Positions 52,216 to 61,324 of a stretch of DNA of 64,000 bases are shown one piece after another; the first letter of the stretch is position 1, and every line of letters begins with the position of its first letter. Source of the DNA: Vicinamibacteria bacterium (lineage in GTDB: Bacteria; Acidobacteriota; Vicinamibacteria; Marinacidobacterales; Marinacidobacteraceae); NCBI GenBank assembly GCA_963668695.2, contig CAXXLQ010000004.1:544001-608000 (forward strand), given 5' to 3'. Both the position numbers and the translations under genes were made by a program. The notes under the pieces were generated by a model. It worked only from the letters and a program-made list of their open reading frames with translations. It had not been told where the DNA came from and did not search any database.

Positions 52216-52547
52216 AAACCTGATTCTACTCCAATACTTTATGGAACGTTCTATTCCGTTCCGTATATCTACGTTCCACTATTTGCGGGTGCCATCAGCG
52301 CGGCGCCCCACCCGGCGTCGGCGTTTTGCGTTCAGCCCGGTACGCGATCGACAGGGGCGTGTCGTGGACCGGACGTTTCCTGCGGCACTTCCTGTACGAG
52401 GGCGGGGACCACCGGCGAACAAACCGATGGGGAGATCGTCCCCGGCCCGACTGGCTACGATTGCCACCCCACGCCGCACGTCGATGAGACGCCGCATCCC
52501 GGGCGCTTCAGGATCATCGTGGCGGAAGTGCGACACGGAGGAACTTC

Positions 52548-54602
52548 ATGCGCCTGATTGCGACCACGATCGTTTCCTGTTTGCTGCTGGCAACGGGAAT
52601 CGCGGAAGCGGAGCTGGTTCGCCTGCGGGTGGAACGCCGCGAAACCGTAGCGAACGGCATGTCGTTCGGGCTGGCCGGGCCCTACGAAAAGCTCGTCGGC
52701 ATGGCTGACTTCGCCCTCGATCCTGACGGGCCGCGGAATGGAATCATCGTGGACCTGTCCCTCGCGCCGAGGAACGCCGATGGCCATGTCGAGTTCAGCG
52801 CGGAGTTCTTCCTGCTGAAACCGGTGGATCCGACTCGCGGCAACGGGCGGCTCTTCTACGAAGCGGGAAACCGGGGCTCGAAACGGATCCTGGTGACGTT
52901 CCAGAAGGCGGCGCGGGCGTCCGATCCGATGACTGCGGAAGAGTTCGGCGACGGGGCGCTGATGCGTGACGGTTTCTCGCTGCTCTGGTTGGGTTGGCAG
53001 TGGGACACGCCCGAGGGACGGATGCGGATGACCATGCCGATCGCGACCGAGGGCGGCAATCCGATTGCCGGGCCGACTACCGGGCCGACTACCGGGCCGA
53101 TTACCGGATTAGTGCGCGGCAACTTCATCGTTGCCGCCCGGGACCAGCCCGGGCTGCTCGCCGATCGCGGTCATGCGGCCTATTCGGTCGTCGGCCCCGG
53201 GAACGATGAGCACGCCATGACGGTGCGGGACCTTCCGGCCGATCCGCCGGAGACGGTGCCTCGGGGCGCGTGGCGATTCACCGAGCCCGGCGTCGTGGAG
53301 CTCGACGGCGGATTCGAGCCGGGCCGCATCTACGACGTGGTCTATCTCAGCCGGGATCCAAAGGTGGTCGGCGTCGGGCTCGCAGGCACGCGCGACATCG
53401 TCAGTTTCTTCAAGTACGACACCAGCGAAGCGAACCCGCTACCCGGCATCCGCTACGCGATCGGCTGGGGCGTGTCGCAGACCGGACGCTTCCTGCGGCA
53501 CTTCCTGTATGAGGGCTTCAATGAGGACGAGCAGGGTCGCCAGGTCTTTGACGGGGTCTTCGATCAGGTGGGCGGCGCCGGACGGGGCTCCTTCAATCAT
53601 CGGTTCGGGCAGGCGTCACGCGACGCCGAGCAGCACCTGAATTTCCTGTTTCCGGTGGACATGTTTCCGTTCACCGATGCGACGACGACGGACCCGGTAA
53701 CCGGCGAAACCGACGGTCTGCTGGAACGGACGGAGGCCACCGGGACGACACCGAAGCTGTTTCACGTGTTGACCAACTCGGAGTACTTCAACCGGGCCGG
53801 ATCGCTCGTTCACACCGACGTGACCGGCTCCCGGGATATCGAACCACCCGCGACCAGCCGCATCTACTTCATCTCGTCGGCGCCGCACGTCCTCGGTCGC
53901 TTTCCGCCGCAGCCCAACCCGAACGAATCGTTTCGCGGGCAGGCGCCGATGAATACCCTGGCCTACGCGCCCGTGATACGCGCCCTGTTCCGGGCGCTCG
54001 ACGCCTGGGTCGCCACCGGAGACGAGCCGCCTCCGAGCCTCTATCCGCGCATCGGCAACGGCACGCTCGCGCCGCCGGCGGACGCCGGCTGGCCGAACGT
54101 CCCCGGGTTCAGCCTTCCGCAGCATCCGCTGACGGCGCTGCGTCTCGATTTCGGACCCGACTGGGACCGGGGCATCGTGACCCGTGAACCACCCGGAATC
54201 GGCGCCCCCTTCATCCAGCTCGTGCCGGCCGTGGACGCCGACGGGAACGATCGCGCCGGGATCCGGATGCCCGAGCTGGCGGTGCCGCTCGCGACCCACA
54301 CCGGATGGAACTACCGGCACGCGAGCATCGGCGCTCCGGATCGTCTGTCCGGGGAGATTGGCTCCTACTTCGCCTTTCCGCGAACCCGTGCGGAAGGTGA
54401 GGAGTCCGGCGATCCGCGGCGATCCATCGAGGAGCGGTACCGCGACCGGAACGACTATCTGGGAAGAGTGACCCAGGCCGCGCTCAAACTGGTGAGCCGG
54501 GGCTATCTGCTGACCGCCGACCTCCCGAACATCCTCATTCGGGCCAGCAGGCACTATGACTGGGCAACATCGGAACCCGAACGGAGCGGCGACCGCCGCT
54601 AG
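52548..54602 (+). CDS. secreted alpha/beta hydrolase domain protein
   Basis: signal peptide, G.YEKL.G, GWQWD, GVSQTGRFLR, VD.DGN...G. Confidence 0.85.
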   Translation: MRLIATTIVSCLLLATGIAEAELVRLRVERRETVANGMSFGLAGPYEKLVGMADFALDPDGPRNGIIVDLSLAPRNADGHVEFSAEFFLLKPVDPTRGNGRLFYEAGNRGSKRILVTFQKAARASDPMTAEEFGDGALMRDGFSLLWLGWQWDTPEGRMRMTMPIATEGGNPIAGPTTGPTTGPITGLVRGNFIVAARDQPGLLADRGHAAYSVVGPGNDEHAMTVRDLPADPPETVPRGAWRFTEPGVVELDGGFEPGRIYDVVYLSRDPKVVGVGLAGTRDIVSFFKYDTSEANPLPGIRYAIGWGVSQTGRFLRHFLYEGFNEDEQGRQVFDGVFDQVGGAGRGSFNHRFGQASRDAEQHLNFLFPVDMFPFTDATTTDPVTGETDGLLERTEATGTTPKLFHVLTNSEYFNRAGSLVHTDVTGSRDIEPPATSRIYFISSAPHVLGRFPPQPNPNESFRGQAPMNTLAYAPVIRALFRALDAWVATGDEPPPSLYPRIGNGTLAPPADAGWPNVPGFSLPQHPLTALRLDFGPDWDRGIVTREPPGIGAPFIQLVPAVDADGNDRAGIRMPELAVPLATHTGWNYRHASIGAPDRLSGEIGSYFAFPRTRAEGEESGDPRRSIEERYRDRNDYLGRVTQAALKLVSRGYLLTADLPNILIRASRHYDWATSEPERSGDRR

Positions 54603-54609
54603 CTGGCCA

Positions 54610-54848
54610 GAGAACCCCGGCCAGTGCTGCCGGTGGGGGCCTTCACACCAGCCACGGCGGCGCGAAGGCTGGGAACGCTGGTTCACACCGGCATCGCGCG
54701 GGAGCGCGAAACTGGCGCCGATGACTCTGCGCCCTGTCTGCGCCCTGTTAGCGCCCGGTTAGCGTGAGTGCCGCACCACCTTTTTCATTGCGGGCGGGGT
54801 ATGCCAGCGGACCCGATCATGAGGGTTTCGCCCGCTGGAGGCCGGCAC
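54610..54848. repeat. repeat family C copy (reverse of 61104-61300)
   Basis: shared blocks GAAACCCTCATGATCGG, ATGAAAAAGG, GTTTCGCGCTCCCGCGCGATG, GCCGGTGTGAAC..GCGTTCCC. Confidence 0.7.
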
Positions 54849-54969
54849 CGGCCGCCTCGTCCAGCGGCTCGCGGGCGGCGGAGCCCCAAGCGTGGACCCG
54901 GCCCTCTACGCGCCGCGGTAGTCCCGCAACCGGAGGCGGCGCCGCCGCACGGGATAACTTCCGGTGCCT

Positions 54970-55383
54970 TCAGGGCAGAACCCGAACTCCAGCGTCCCGA
55001 GCGGCCGCCCCGAGTTCGCGGTCGAGCGTGGCGAGAGGGATTCGTCGGCGCATCGCGAGTTCGAGATACGCCGCGTCGTGCACACAAAGCCGCTGGTCGC
55101 GTGCTACGCGCAGCGAATCCGTGAACGCGCGCGTCCCGGTCTCCGGGTCCGTCTCGATGGGCAGCGCCGCAAGCCGCTCAAGAAGATCAGGCCAGATCTC
55201 CTCCTTGATCCGTCCGCGTCGAGTTGCCACCAACAACACATTGGCGACCTCGATGGGCCAAAGCCCCGGAACAACAGCCGTGTTCTCGACCAGCGAGTCC
55301 CGGAGCGCCACGGTGCCGGCCACGGCTTCGTCCGGGAGGATCCACGCCATTGTCACGGAGCAATCGAGAACGAACGGCATCAA
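54970..55383 (-). CDS. vapC: PIN-domain VapC toxin
   Basis: FVLDCSV..AW..DE, W..EV.N, DAAYLELA, LATLD..L. Confidence 0.9.
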   Translation of the reverse strand: MMPFVLDCSVTMAWILPDEAVAGTVALRDSLVENTAVVPGLWPIEVANVLLVATRRGRIKEEIWPDLLERLAALPIETDPETGTRAFTDSLRVARDQRLCVHDAAYLELAMRRRIPLATLDRELGAAARDAGVRVLP

Positions 55384-55628
55384 GGTTTACGCTCCGAGCG
55401 CGCCTCTCGGATCAGTTCGTGGGCCGTCGGCGTACCCATCGTGTGCGCTGCCTGGAACTCAGCCAGCCAATCAATGGCCGCTTGGATCGCGTCGCGCGAA
55501 CGGGCGTGAACCGGACAGAGTTCCGCGACCGGCGTACCGTGTTTCGTAATGGTGAACCGCTCGCCCTGCCGAACGCGCTCCAAGAGCTTCGGCAAATGTG
55601 TCTTTGCTTCGTATGCGCCAATTTCCAT
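55380..55628 (-). CDS. Phd/YefM antitoxin
   Basis: IGAYEAKTHL..LL.RV..GE...ITKHG.PVA.L. Confidence 0.92.
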   Translation of the reverse strand: MEIGAYEAKTHLPKLLERVRQGERFTITKHGTPVAELCPVHARSRDAIQAAIDWLAEFQAAHTMGTPTAHELIREARSERKP

Positions 55629-55646
55629 GATTCTGTAGGTACCTCG

Positions 55647-55665
55647 GACTAGCCGAACACTAGTC
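55647..55665 (-). promoter_or_regulatory. putative Phd operator
   Basis: GACTAG-N7-CTAGTC palindrome upstream of the antitoxin. Confidence 0.5.
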
Positions 55666-55787
55666 TGAACCTCAGCGCGTCAATACCGTATGACGGCGGG
55701 TGACGTGTCGTGCCCGCCGCCGAGATCGCGCGCCGCCCCCGCGAGCGCCATCAGTGCCCGGTGGTCCGCCGGAGGGCGCAGGCGGCG

Positions 55788-56482
55788 CTATGACGTGGTT
55801 CGCACGGTCCGCCCGAGCGCCAGTACGGTGATCCACCCGTACACCGCTCCGAACAGTGCCCCGAACAGCGGACTCTCCCCCTCGAACCCGAGGGTCGCGC
55901 CCACCGCCACGGTGACGCCTGCGCCCAGGACGAAACCGCCGGCGCTGGCGGCGGCCAACAGGCCGGCTCGCGGGGCGTACCGCCGAAGGACGAGCCAGTG
56001 CGCGAGGACGAAGGCGGTGAGCCCCACCGCGGCGGGCACCGCCGGCGGCTCGGGGTAACCGGCCAGGCCCAGGGCCTCGTCGGCGGCGAAGCCCGCGGCG
56101 GCAGCGGCCGCCCCGGCGGCGGCAAGGGCCGCGGGCCAGCGGGCCGCCCACGAGACCCGCTGGCGCAGCAGCAGCCACTGGGCGAGCGCGATCCCGCCGA
56201 GGACTCCGCCCCCCGCAACGGCCCCGACGACGGCTTCCCCGACCACGCTGCCCAATGCCTCGTGCGCCGCGCCCCCCACCAGGTAGGAAAGCGGCCGCGC
56301 CACTGCCCCGGCCACCGCCATCCCGGCCGCGCTGGCGACCACCCAGCGAATCCGGAATCCGCGGTCCGTCAGTCCGTCCGGTTCCGGCAGTCCGTCCGGT
56401 TCCGGCAGTCCGTCCGGTTCCGGCAGTCCGGTTCCGGTTCCGGCAGTCCGTCCGGTTCCGGCAGTCCGGCCGGTTCCGGCAT
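55788..56482 (-). CDS. Ala/Gly-rich membrane protein; N-terminal LPEPDG repeats out of frame with ATG 56482
   Basis: RWVVAS.AG, G.AQWL.LR, AHWLVLRR, GAVYG.IT; open frame 55788-56342. Confidence 0.7.
56370..56479. repeat. 18-bp tandem repeat x6 (one 20-bp variant)
   Basis: CAGTCCGTCCGGTTCCGG units. Confidence 0.9.
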
Positions 56483-56507
56483 GCTCGTTGACGACCCGTT
56501 TGCGCCC

Positions 56508-57944
56508 TCAGCGGACCTTTTCGGAGTAGTTCACGCCGACGTAGATGCGGGCGACCGCCCCGTCTTCGTTCATCTCGAAGCGCACGAGTTCGCCGTGGGC
56601 GCCGAACCCGTCGCTCTCCAGGCGGAACACGTGGGATTCGTCGGTGGAACGCAGAGTCCCCTTCGAGCGGTCGGGATTTTCCGAAAGCGGCGAGAAGATC
56701 ACCAGTTCATCCTCGAGGCGCAAAACGCTCGTGTCCCCCCATCGGTTCCGGTAGGTTCCGAGGTAGATGTCCCAATCGGGGTCGTAGGTGACGGTCTCCT
56801 CTTCCTCCTTCGCGAGGGGCGCAGCGACCCACTCGAACGCCTTGTCCAGGAAGCGGCCGGGATTTCCGTCACCCGCGTTCGTGAACACCACGACGCCGAC
56901 CTTCTCCTCGGGGCTCAACTGGGTCTGGGTGCGGTAGCCGGGGTAGGAGCCACCGTGGCCGATGAGGTCGCGGTCCTCGGTATGGCGCACGGAAAAACCA
57001 AGCCCCCAGCCGCTGTCCCAGGAAGGCTGGACCCAGTGGACCCGCTGCATTTCGAGCAGCGTGTTGGTCGCCAGGACCTCATCGCTCCGGCGGTCACGCA
57101 CCCGCAGCTGCCACTGGAGGAACTTCAGCATGTCCGGGACGGAGGAGGAGACCCCGGTCGCGGGATCGAAGGCCCGGGCGTCCACGAAGGGCATGCTCTG
57201 CCGGCTGCCGTCCGCCAGCCGCCGGCCGTATCCCGTGGCCAGGCGGCCTTGGTGGTCGGCCGGAATGGGACCCACGCTCGTCGAGTCCATCCCGAGCGGC
57301 TCCAGGACTGCCTGGTTCACGAGTTCGGCGAACGGCGTTCCGGAGGCGGCCTCCGCCACCATCCCGGCGAGGGTGAAGCCCAGGTTCGAGTACTTCCATT
57401 TGGTCTCGGTGGGGTAGGTGGTTTCCTGATCGGAGATGGTGTCGCGCACCGCCTCCGCCTCGGGAAACTCGAAATCGGTCCACGCCGGGTGGATGGACTC
57501 CCGCGGCAGACCGGCGGTGTGGGTGAGGAGGTGCCGGAGGGTCACCGGACGGGCCTGGGGATGGCGGTTCTCGATATCGAACCACGGAAGGTGGGTCGCG
57601 ACCTCATCATCCAGGCGAAGCGCACCGGCGTCCCGGGCACGGAGCACGCTGATCGCGGTGAAGAGCTTCGAGTGCGAGGCGATGCGGAAGATGGAGTCCT
57701 CGGCCATCGGCGTCATCGGGTCCAGCGACGCGTGGCCGTAGGCCTTGAGCCAGACGATGTCCTGATCGTGGACGATTCCGATCACGAGTCCGACCCCCGT
57801 GTACTCAACGTGTGAGCGAATCCACTCGTCGAGCATGGTGAGTCCGGCCTGGACCTTCGGGTCGGGATGCTCCGCCGCGCGGGCGGGCGGGCCGAGCAGG
57901 AGTGCGGCGAGAACAGCGCCCGCCAGAGCGATTTGTCGGAACAT
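56508..57944 (-). CDS. serine hydrolase, beta-lactamase class C-like
   Basis: FRIASHSK (SxxK), LLTHTAGL, YSN, GHGG. Confidence 0.92.
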   Translation of the reverse strand: MFRQIALAGAVLAALLLGPPARAAEHPDPKVQAGLTMLDEWIRSHVEYTGVGLVIGIVHDQDIVWLKAYGHASLDPMTPMAEDSIFRIASHSKLFTAISVLRARDAGALRLDDEVATHLPWFDIENRHPQARPVTLRHLLTHTAGLPRESIHPAWTDFEFPEAEAVRDTISDQETTYPTETKWKYSNLGFTLAGMVAEAASGTPFAELVNQAVLEPLGMDSTSVGPIPADHQGRLATGYGRRLADGSRQSMPFVDARAFDPATGVSSSVPDMLKFLQWQLRVRDRRSDEVLATNTLLEMQRVHWVQPSWDSGWGLGFSVRHTEDRDLIGHGGSYPGYRTQTQLSPEEKVGVVVFTNAGDGNPGRFLDKAFEWVAAPLAKEEEETVTYDPDWDIYLGTYRNRWGDTSVLRLEDELVIFSPLSENPDRSKGTLRSTDESHVFRLESDGFGAHGELVRFEMNEDGAVARIYVGVNYSEKVR

Positions 57945-57962
57945 TCTCGTAGGGGCTGTCAG

Positions 57963-58152
57963 CAGCCTGCGGCGCGAAGCGCCGGGGAAGGGGTGTGGGG
58001 AGGGGTTCCCCTCCCCGCGAAAAAAGGTGGCGCGAATCGCGCAGCGATTCGCGACATCACCCGGGAGAAAAGTGTCCCGCGCTCGGAACCCCGGCCGGAT
58101 TCGGCACCCTTATGCGCCTGCGAACGGCGCGGGGTGCTTTTCCCACGGGCTG
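57963..58152. repeat. repeat family B copy
   Basis: CAGCCTGCGG...CCACGGGCTG, abuts the TAA stop of the amidohydrolase. Confidence 0.75.
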
Positions 58153-59343
58153 TTATCTGCGGAAGACGACGGCGCCGTCCACCAGGACCACCGCGGTCTT
58201 GGCGTAGGTGCCGATGGGATGCGAATCCCAGATAACGACATCGGCATCAAGGCCAGGGGCGAGGCTCCCGATCCGGTCGTCCACCCCCAGGATCGCCGCC
58301 GCGTCGGACGTGACCGCGGTGAGCGCCGCTTCCCGGGGAAGCCCGTGCGCCCAGGCGACGATCGCTTCCATCGCGACCGAACGGCCTCGGGAGCCGAAGG
58401 TGGAGAGCGCGATCTTCACGCCGGCGGCATGGAGAATGCCCGCCGTCGCGGGCGTGTGGCCCTTGAGTTCCATCGGGCCTCCGTCTCCGATCCCGATGAC
58501 CGAAGGACCGACCACCACCGGAATCCCCGCCTCGGCAAGCCGGGCCGCCACCGTGGAGGCGCCGGCCGCCTGATCGAGGACCAGGCGCAGATCGAACTCC
58601 CCGGCTACCCGGAGCGCCGTCTCGATGTCGTCGGGCTTGTTGGCGAGCATCCGGAGCGGGATTTCTCTGGAGAGCAGCCGGCCCAGCGTCCGCCCGGCTT
58701 CTCCTTCAAAGGCGTCCTCTCCCGCCCGGATCAAGGTGTTCCGGAGGTCGAAGATCATGCCCTGCCGCGTGGTGCGCCCGCGCGGCGCCTCGCGGCCCGG
58801 CGGCGAGTCCCCTACCGCCGATTCGCCGAAAGAGGCCGCTACCGCCACCTCCTCGGCCAGGAGGGCGGTCTCCGCGGGCCCGGAGAGCTTCACGACCGCC
58901 CCCGTGCCGCCGATCAGGAGCCGCGGATCGGGCGCCAGATACACCGCCGTGACGCCGGATTGGAGCCACAGGGGAGCCAGGTTCTCAGCGAAGCGATCCG
59001 CGGCGCGCACCTCGGGTGCGATCGCTGCGTCGGGATCGCCGCCCAGGCTGACGAGCCCCCCGCCCTCTCCCGGAGAAGTGCCGAGAAGCGTCTGGGCGTC
59101 AATGAAACCGGGAGTGACGACCATCCCCTCGGCCGAGATCACGTCGGCGCCCTCGGGAAGCTCGATTCCCGGGCCGATGGCGGTGATCTTCCCGTCCTCG
59201 ATGAGGACTGTCGCGCCCGCCAGGACCTCGCCGGCTCCGGTGTGGACTTCGCCGCCGACGATCGCTATCGGCTGCGCGGCGGCGAGCACCGGCAGTCCCA
59301 GCGCGAGCGCCGCGGGAACCAGGCGGCGGAACGGACCTGGCAT
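58153..59343 (-). CDS. amidohydrolase-family protein lacking metal-binding HxH
   Basis: TPGFIDAQT, GSL.PG.DAD.VIW. Confidence 0.85.
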   Translation of the reverse strand: MPGPFRRLVPAALALGLPVLAAAQPIAIVGGEVHTGAGEVLAGATVLIEDGKITAIGPGIELPEGADVISAEGMVVTPGFIDAQTLLGTSPGEGGGLVSLGGDPDAAIAPEVRAADRFAENLAPLWLQSGVTAVYLAPDPRLLIGGTGAVVKLSGPAETALLAEEVAVAASFGESAVGDSPPGREAPRGRTTRQGMIFDLRNTLIRAGEDAFEGEAGRTLGRLLSREIPLRMLANKPDDIETALRVAGEFDLRLVLDQAAGASTVAARLAEAGIPVVVGPSVIGIGDGGPMELKGHTPATAGILHAAGVKIALSTFGSRGRSVAMEAIVAWAHGLPREAALTAVTSDAAAILGVDDRIGSLAPGLDADVVIWDSHPIGTYAKTAVVLVDGAVVFRR

Positions 59344-60608
59344 TACCAACCCTCCGGCACCACGTTGCCGAAGACGTTGTACCCCGTCTCGCGGTTGAAG
59401 ACCTCAACCCCATCCACGAAGACCCGCATCACCAGGCTCTCGTAGGCCAGCGGGTCCGCGCCGCCGAGGATGGCGATGTCGGCGTCCATGCCGACTTCCA
59501 GGCTGCCGATCCTGTCTTCCAGGTGAAAGATGCGGGCGCCGTTCAGCGTGAGGGCCTTGAGTGCCTCTTCCGGCGGCATGCCCTGTCGCACGAACATCGC
59601 GCCGGTGTGGCGCAGCCAGTAGGGGTGGCCGTCCGGAGGATCCTGATGGAAGGCGACCAGCCCGCCGAGTTCCACGAGCCGCACCGGACCGAGGAGATCC
59701 TCGCTCTCGCGGCTGTCACCCGGCAAGATGGGGCCGTAACTCACCGGCATCCCGAGTTCGTGGAGTTCCTCCGCGAGCGCCAGGGTCGCCCCGCCGTGAT
59801 GGATGTAGGCATCGAGGTCGAACCGGCGCTTGATTTCCATGGCGTGGCGCATTTGCTGCTCGCTGCTCGAATGGATGCCGAGGACCCACTCGCGGGTCAG
59901 TAGCCGGCCGAGCGCCTCCCGCGTGAGGTTCCGGGGCGGCCTGGCCTGCTCGGGATCCGCCTCGTGCGCGGCGATGGCGTCGAGGTACTCCTGGGCGGCC
60001 TCCAGTTCGCCGCTCAGCAGATCGAAGACCTCCTGCTCGTTCTCGGGGAAGTTCGGATACGGCGTCGTTGCCCGGATGGCGAACTTGATCCCGCCGGGGG
60101 CGAGGAACATGTCCTCCACCGTCCCGCCGCGCATCTTCACGAGCGCCGACTGGCCGCTGTTGGGGCTCCGGCTGCCGGTGGTGATGTTCTGGGTGGTGAT
60201 GCCCGAGGCGACCGCCAGGGCGAACGCGGGATCTCCGGAGTCCAGCCCGTCGATCGCCCGCACGTGGGCATTGATCGGACTCGACAGTTCGTTGTTGTTG
60301 GATCCCGTCGCCGGCAGGTTGAGCACCTTGAAGCCGGTGTGGGAATGCGTCTCGATGATCCCCGGGATGACGCTCATTCCGGTGGCGTCCACCACCTCTG
60401 CGCCCGCCGGAACCGACACCTCGGCCCCCACCGCTTCGATCTTCCCGTCCCGGATCAGCACCGTGCCTCCCGGGATCGGCTCGGAACTCACCGGGTACAC
60501 GAGCCCTCCGGTAATGGCGATGACCCCCTCCCCAGAAGATCCCGGCCCACAGGCGAACGCAGCAAGCGCCGCCCCCAACGCAATACCGAGGACCGATCTA
60601 CCCTTCAT
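59343..60608 (-). CDS. amidohydrolase-family lipoprotein
   Basis: lipobox AFAC, PGIIETHSH, GSLEVG.DADI. Confidence 0.87.
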   Translation of the reverse strand: MKGRSVLGIALGAALAAFACGPGSSGEGVIAITGGLVYPVSSEPIPGGTVLIRDGKIEAVGAEVSVPAGAEVVDATGMSVIPGIIETHSHTGFKVLNLPATGSNNNELSSPINAHVRAIDGLDSGDPAFALAVASGITTQNITTGSRSPNSGQSALVKMRGGTVEDMFLAPGGIKFAIRATTPYPNFPENEQEVFDLLSGELEAAQEYLDAIAAHEADPEQARPPRNLTREALGRLLTREWVLGIHSSSEQQMRHAMEIKRRFDLDAYIHHGGATLALAEELHELGMPVSYGPILPGDSRESEDLLGPVRLVELGGLVAFHQDPPDGHPYWLRHTGAMFVRQGMPPEEALKALTLNGARIFHLEDRIGSLEVGMDADIAILGGADPLAYESLVMRVFVDGVEVFNRETGYNVFGNVVPEGW

Positions 60609-60884
60609 GGTTCCGATTCGCCACTCTATCAGGGACTGGGAACGCCGGCCCTCAGAGGGGCGTTGCCCCAGGGAGCTGGGCAAGAACCGCACCCTACCGA
60701 CCCGTGTGCAGAGCGCGCAACCGTGGGACCGCCACCCCATGGCAGTTGCGGATCAGTCGCTGGAATCGTTGCAAATGTGCTGCTGGAATCGTTGCAAAAC
60801 CGCTGTTGGCCCGAAAGTTCCTCCGCGAGGGACGACCGGCTGAGCGACAGCACGGTTTCGTTCGCCTCCGGCGGACAGTGCTAG

Positions 60885-61099
60885 CAGCCTGTGGTGAAAC
60901 CCAGGCGGCGTTCGGCCGGCGATCCATCCCGGCTGAACCGCGTCGCTTCGCGCCGCTCATCGTTGCGTTTCGGTCGAAATACACCCGGGCCAGTTCTCCC
61001 GGTGGGGGCTCCTCCCTCACGCGCCTTGTCAGCCGGACCCCCACCGGGAGAACTGGGCCTCGCCGGCCTCGGCGCTCACCCGGGTTCCACTACAGACTG
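60885..61099. mobile_element. MITE family A copy 13 (215 bp, 2 cassettes)
   Basis: left TIR intact after CTAG; right TIR degenerate (CTACAGACTG) followed by CCAG. Confidence 0.82.
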
Positions 61100-61103
61100 C
61101 CAG

Positions 61104-61300
61104 GCCCCACCGGGAGAAACCCTCATGATCGGATCCTCCTGCACACCCTCGCCCGTCATGAAAAAGGCGCAGCCCTCACCCTGGCAAGGCGCAACGTCAT
61201 CAGCGCTGGTTTCGCGCTCCCGCGCGATGTGCCGGTGTGAACACCGGCGTTCCCGTGCGGACGGCGCCATCTGGCTGGGTGGGAGGGCGCTCCCGGCCCG
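61104..61300. repeat. repeat family C copy
   Basis: reverse match to 54610-54848; partial copies at ~20160-20250 and 32108-32151. Confidence 0.7.
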
Positions 61301-61324
61301 CAGTCCCTATAAAGTGGCGCCCGC

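Noticed and set aside
53069-53108. 12-bp tandem repeat (GPTT x3); similar ones at ~15866-15892 and ~49578-49612
   Set aside because: Short in-frame slippage duplications with no evident function.
52341-53516. DGR template/variable repeat pair
   Set aside because: Only 2 of 6 mismatches are at adenines of the putative template, the target is mid-gene, and no RT or avd is present.
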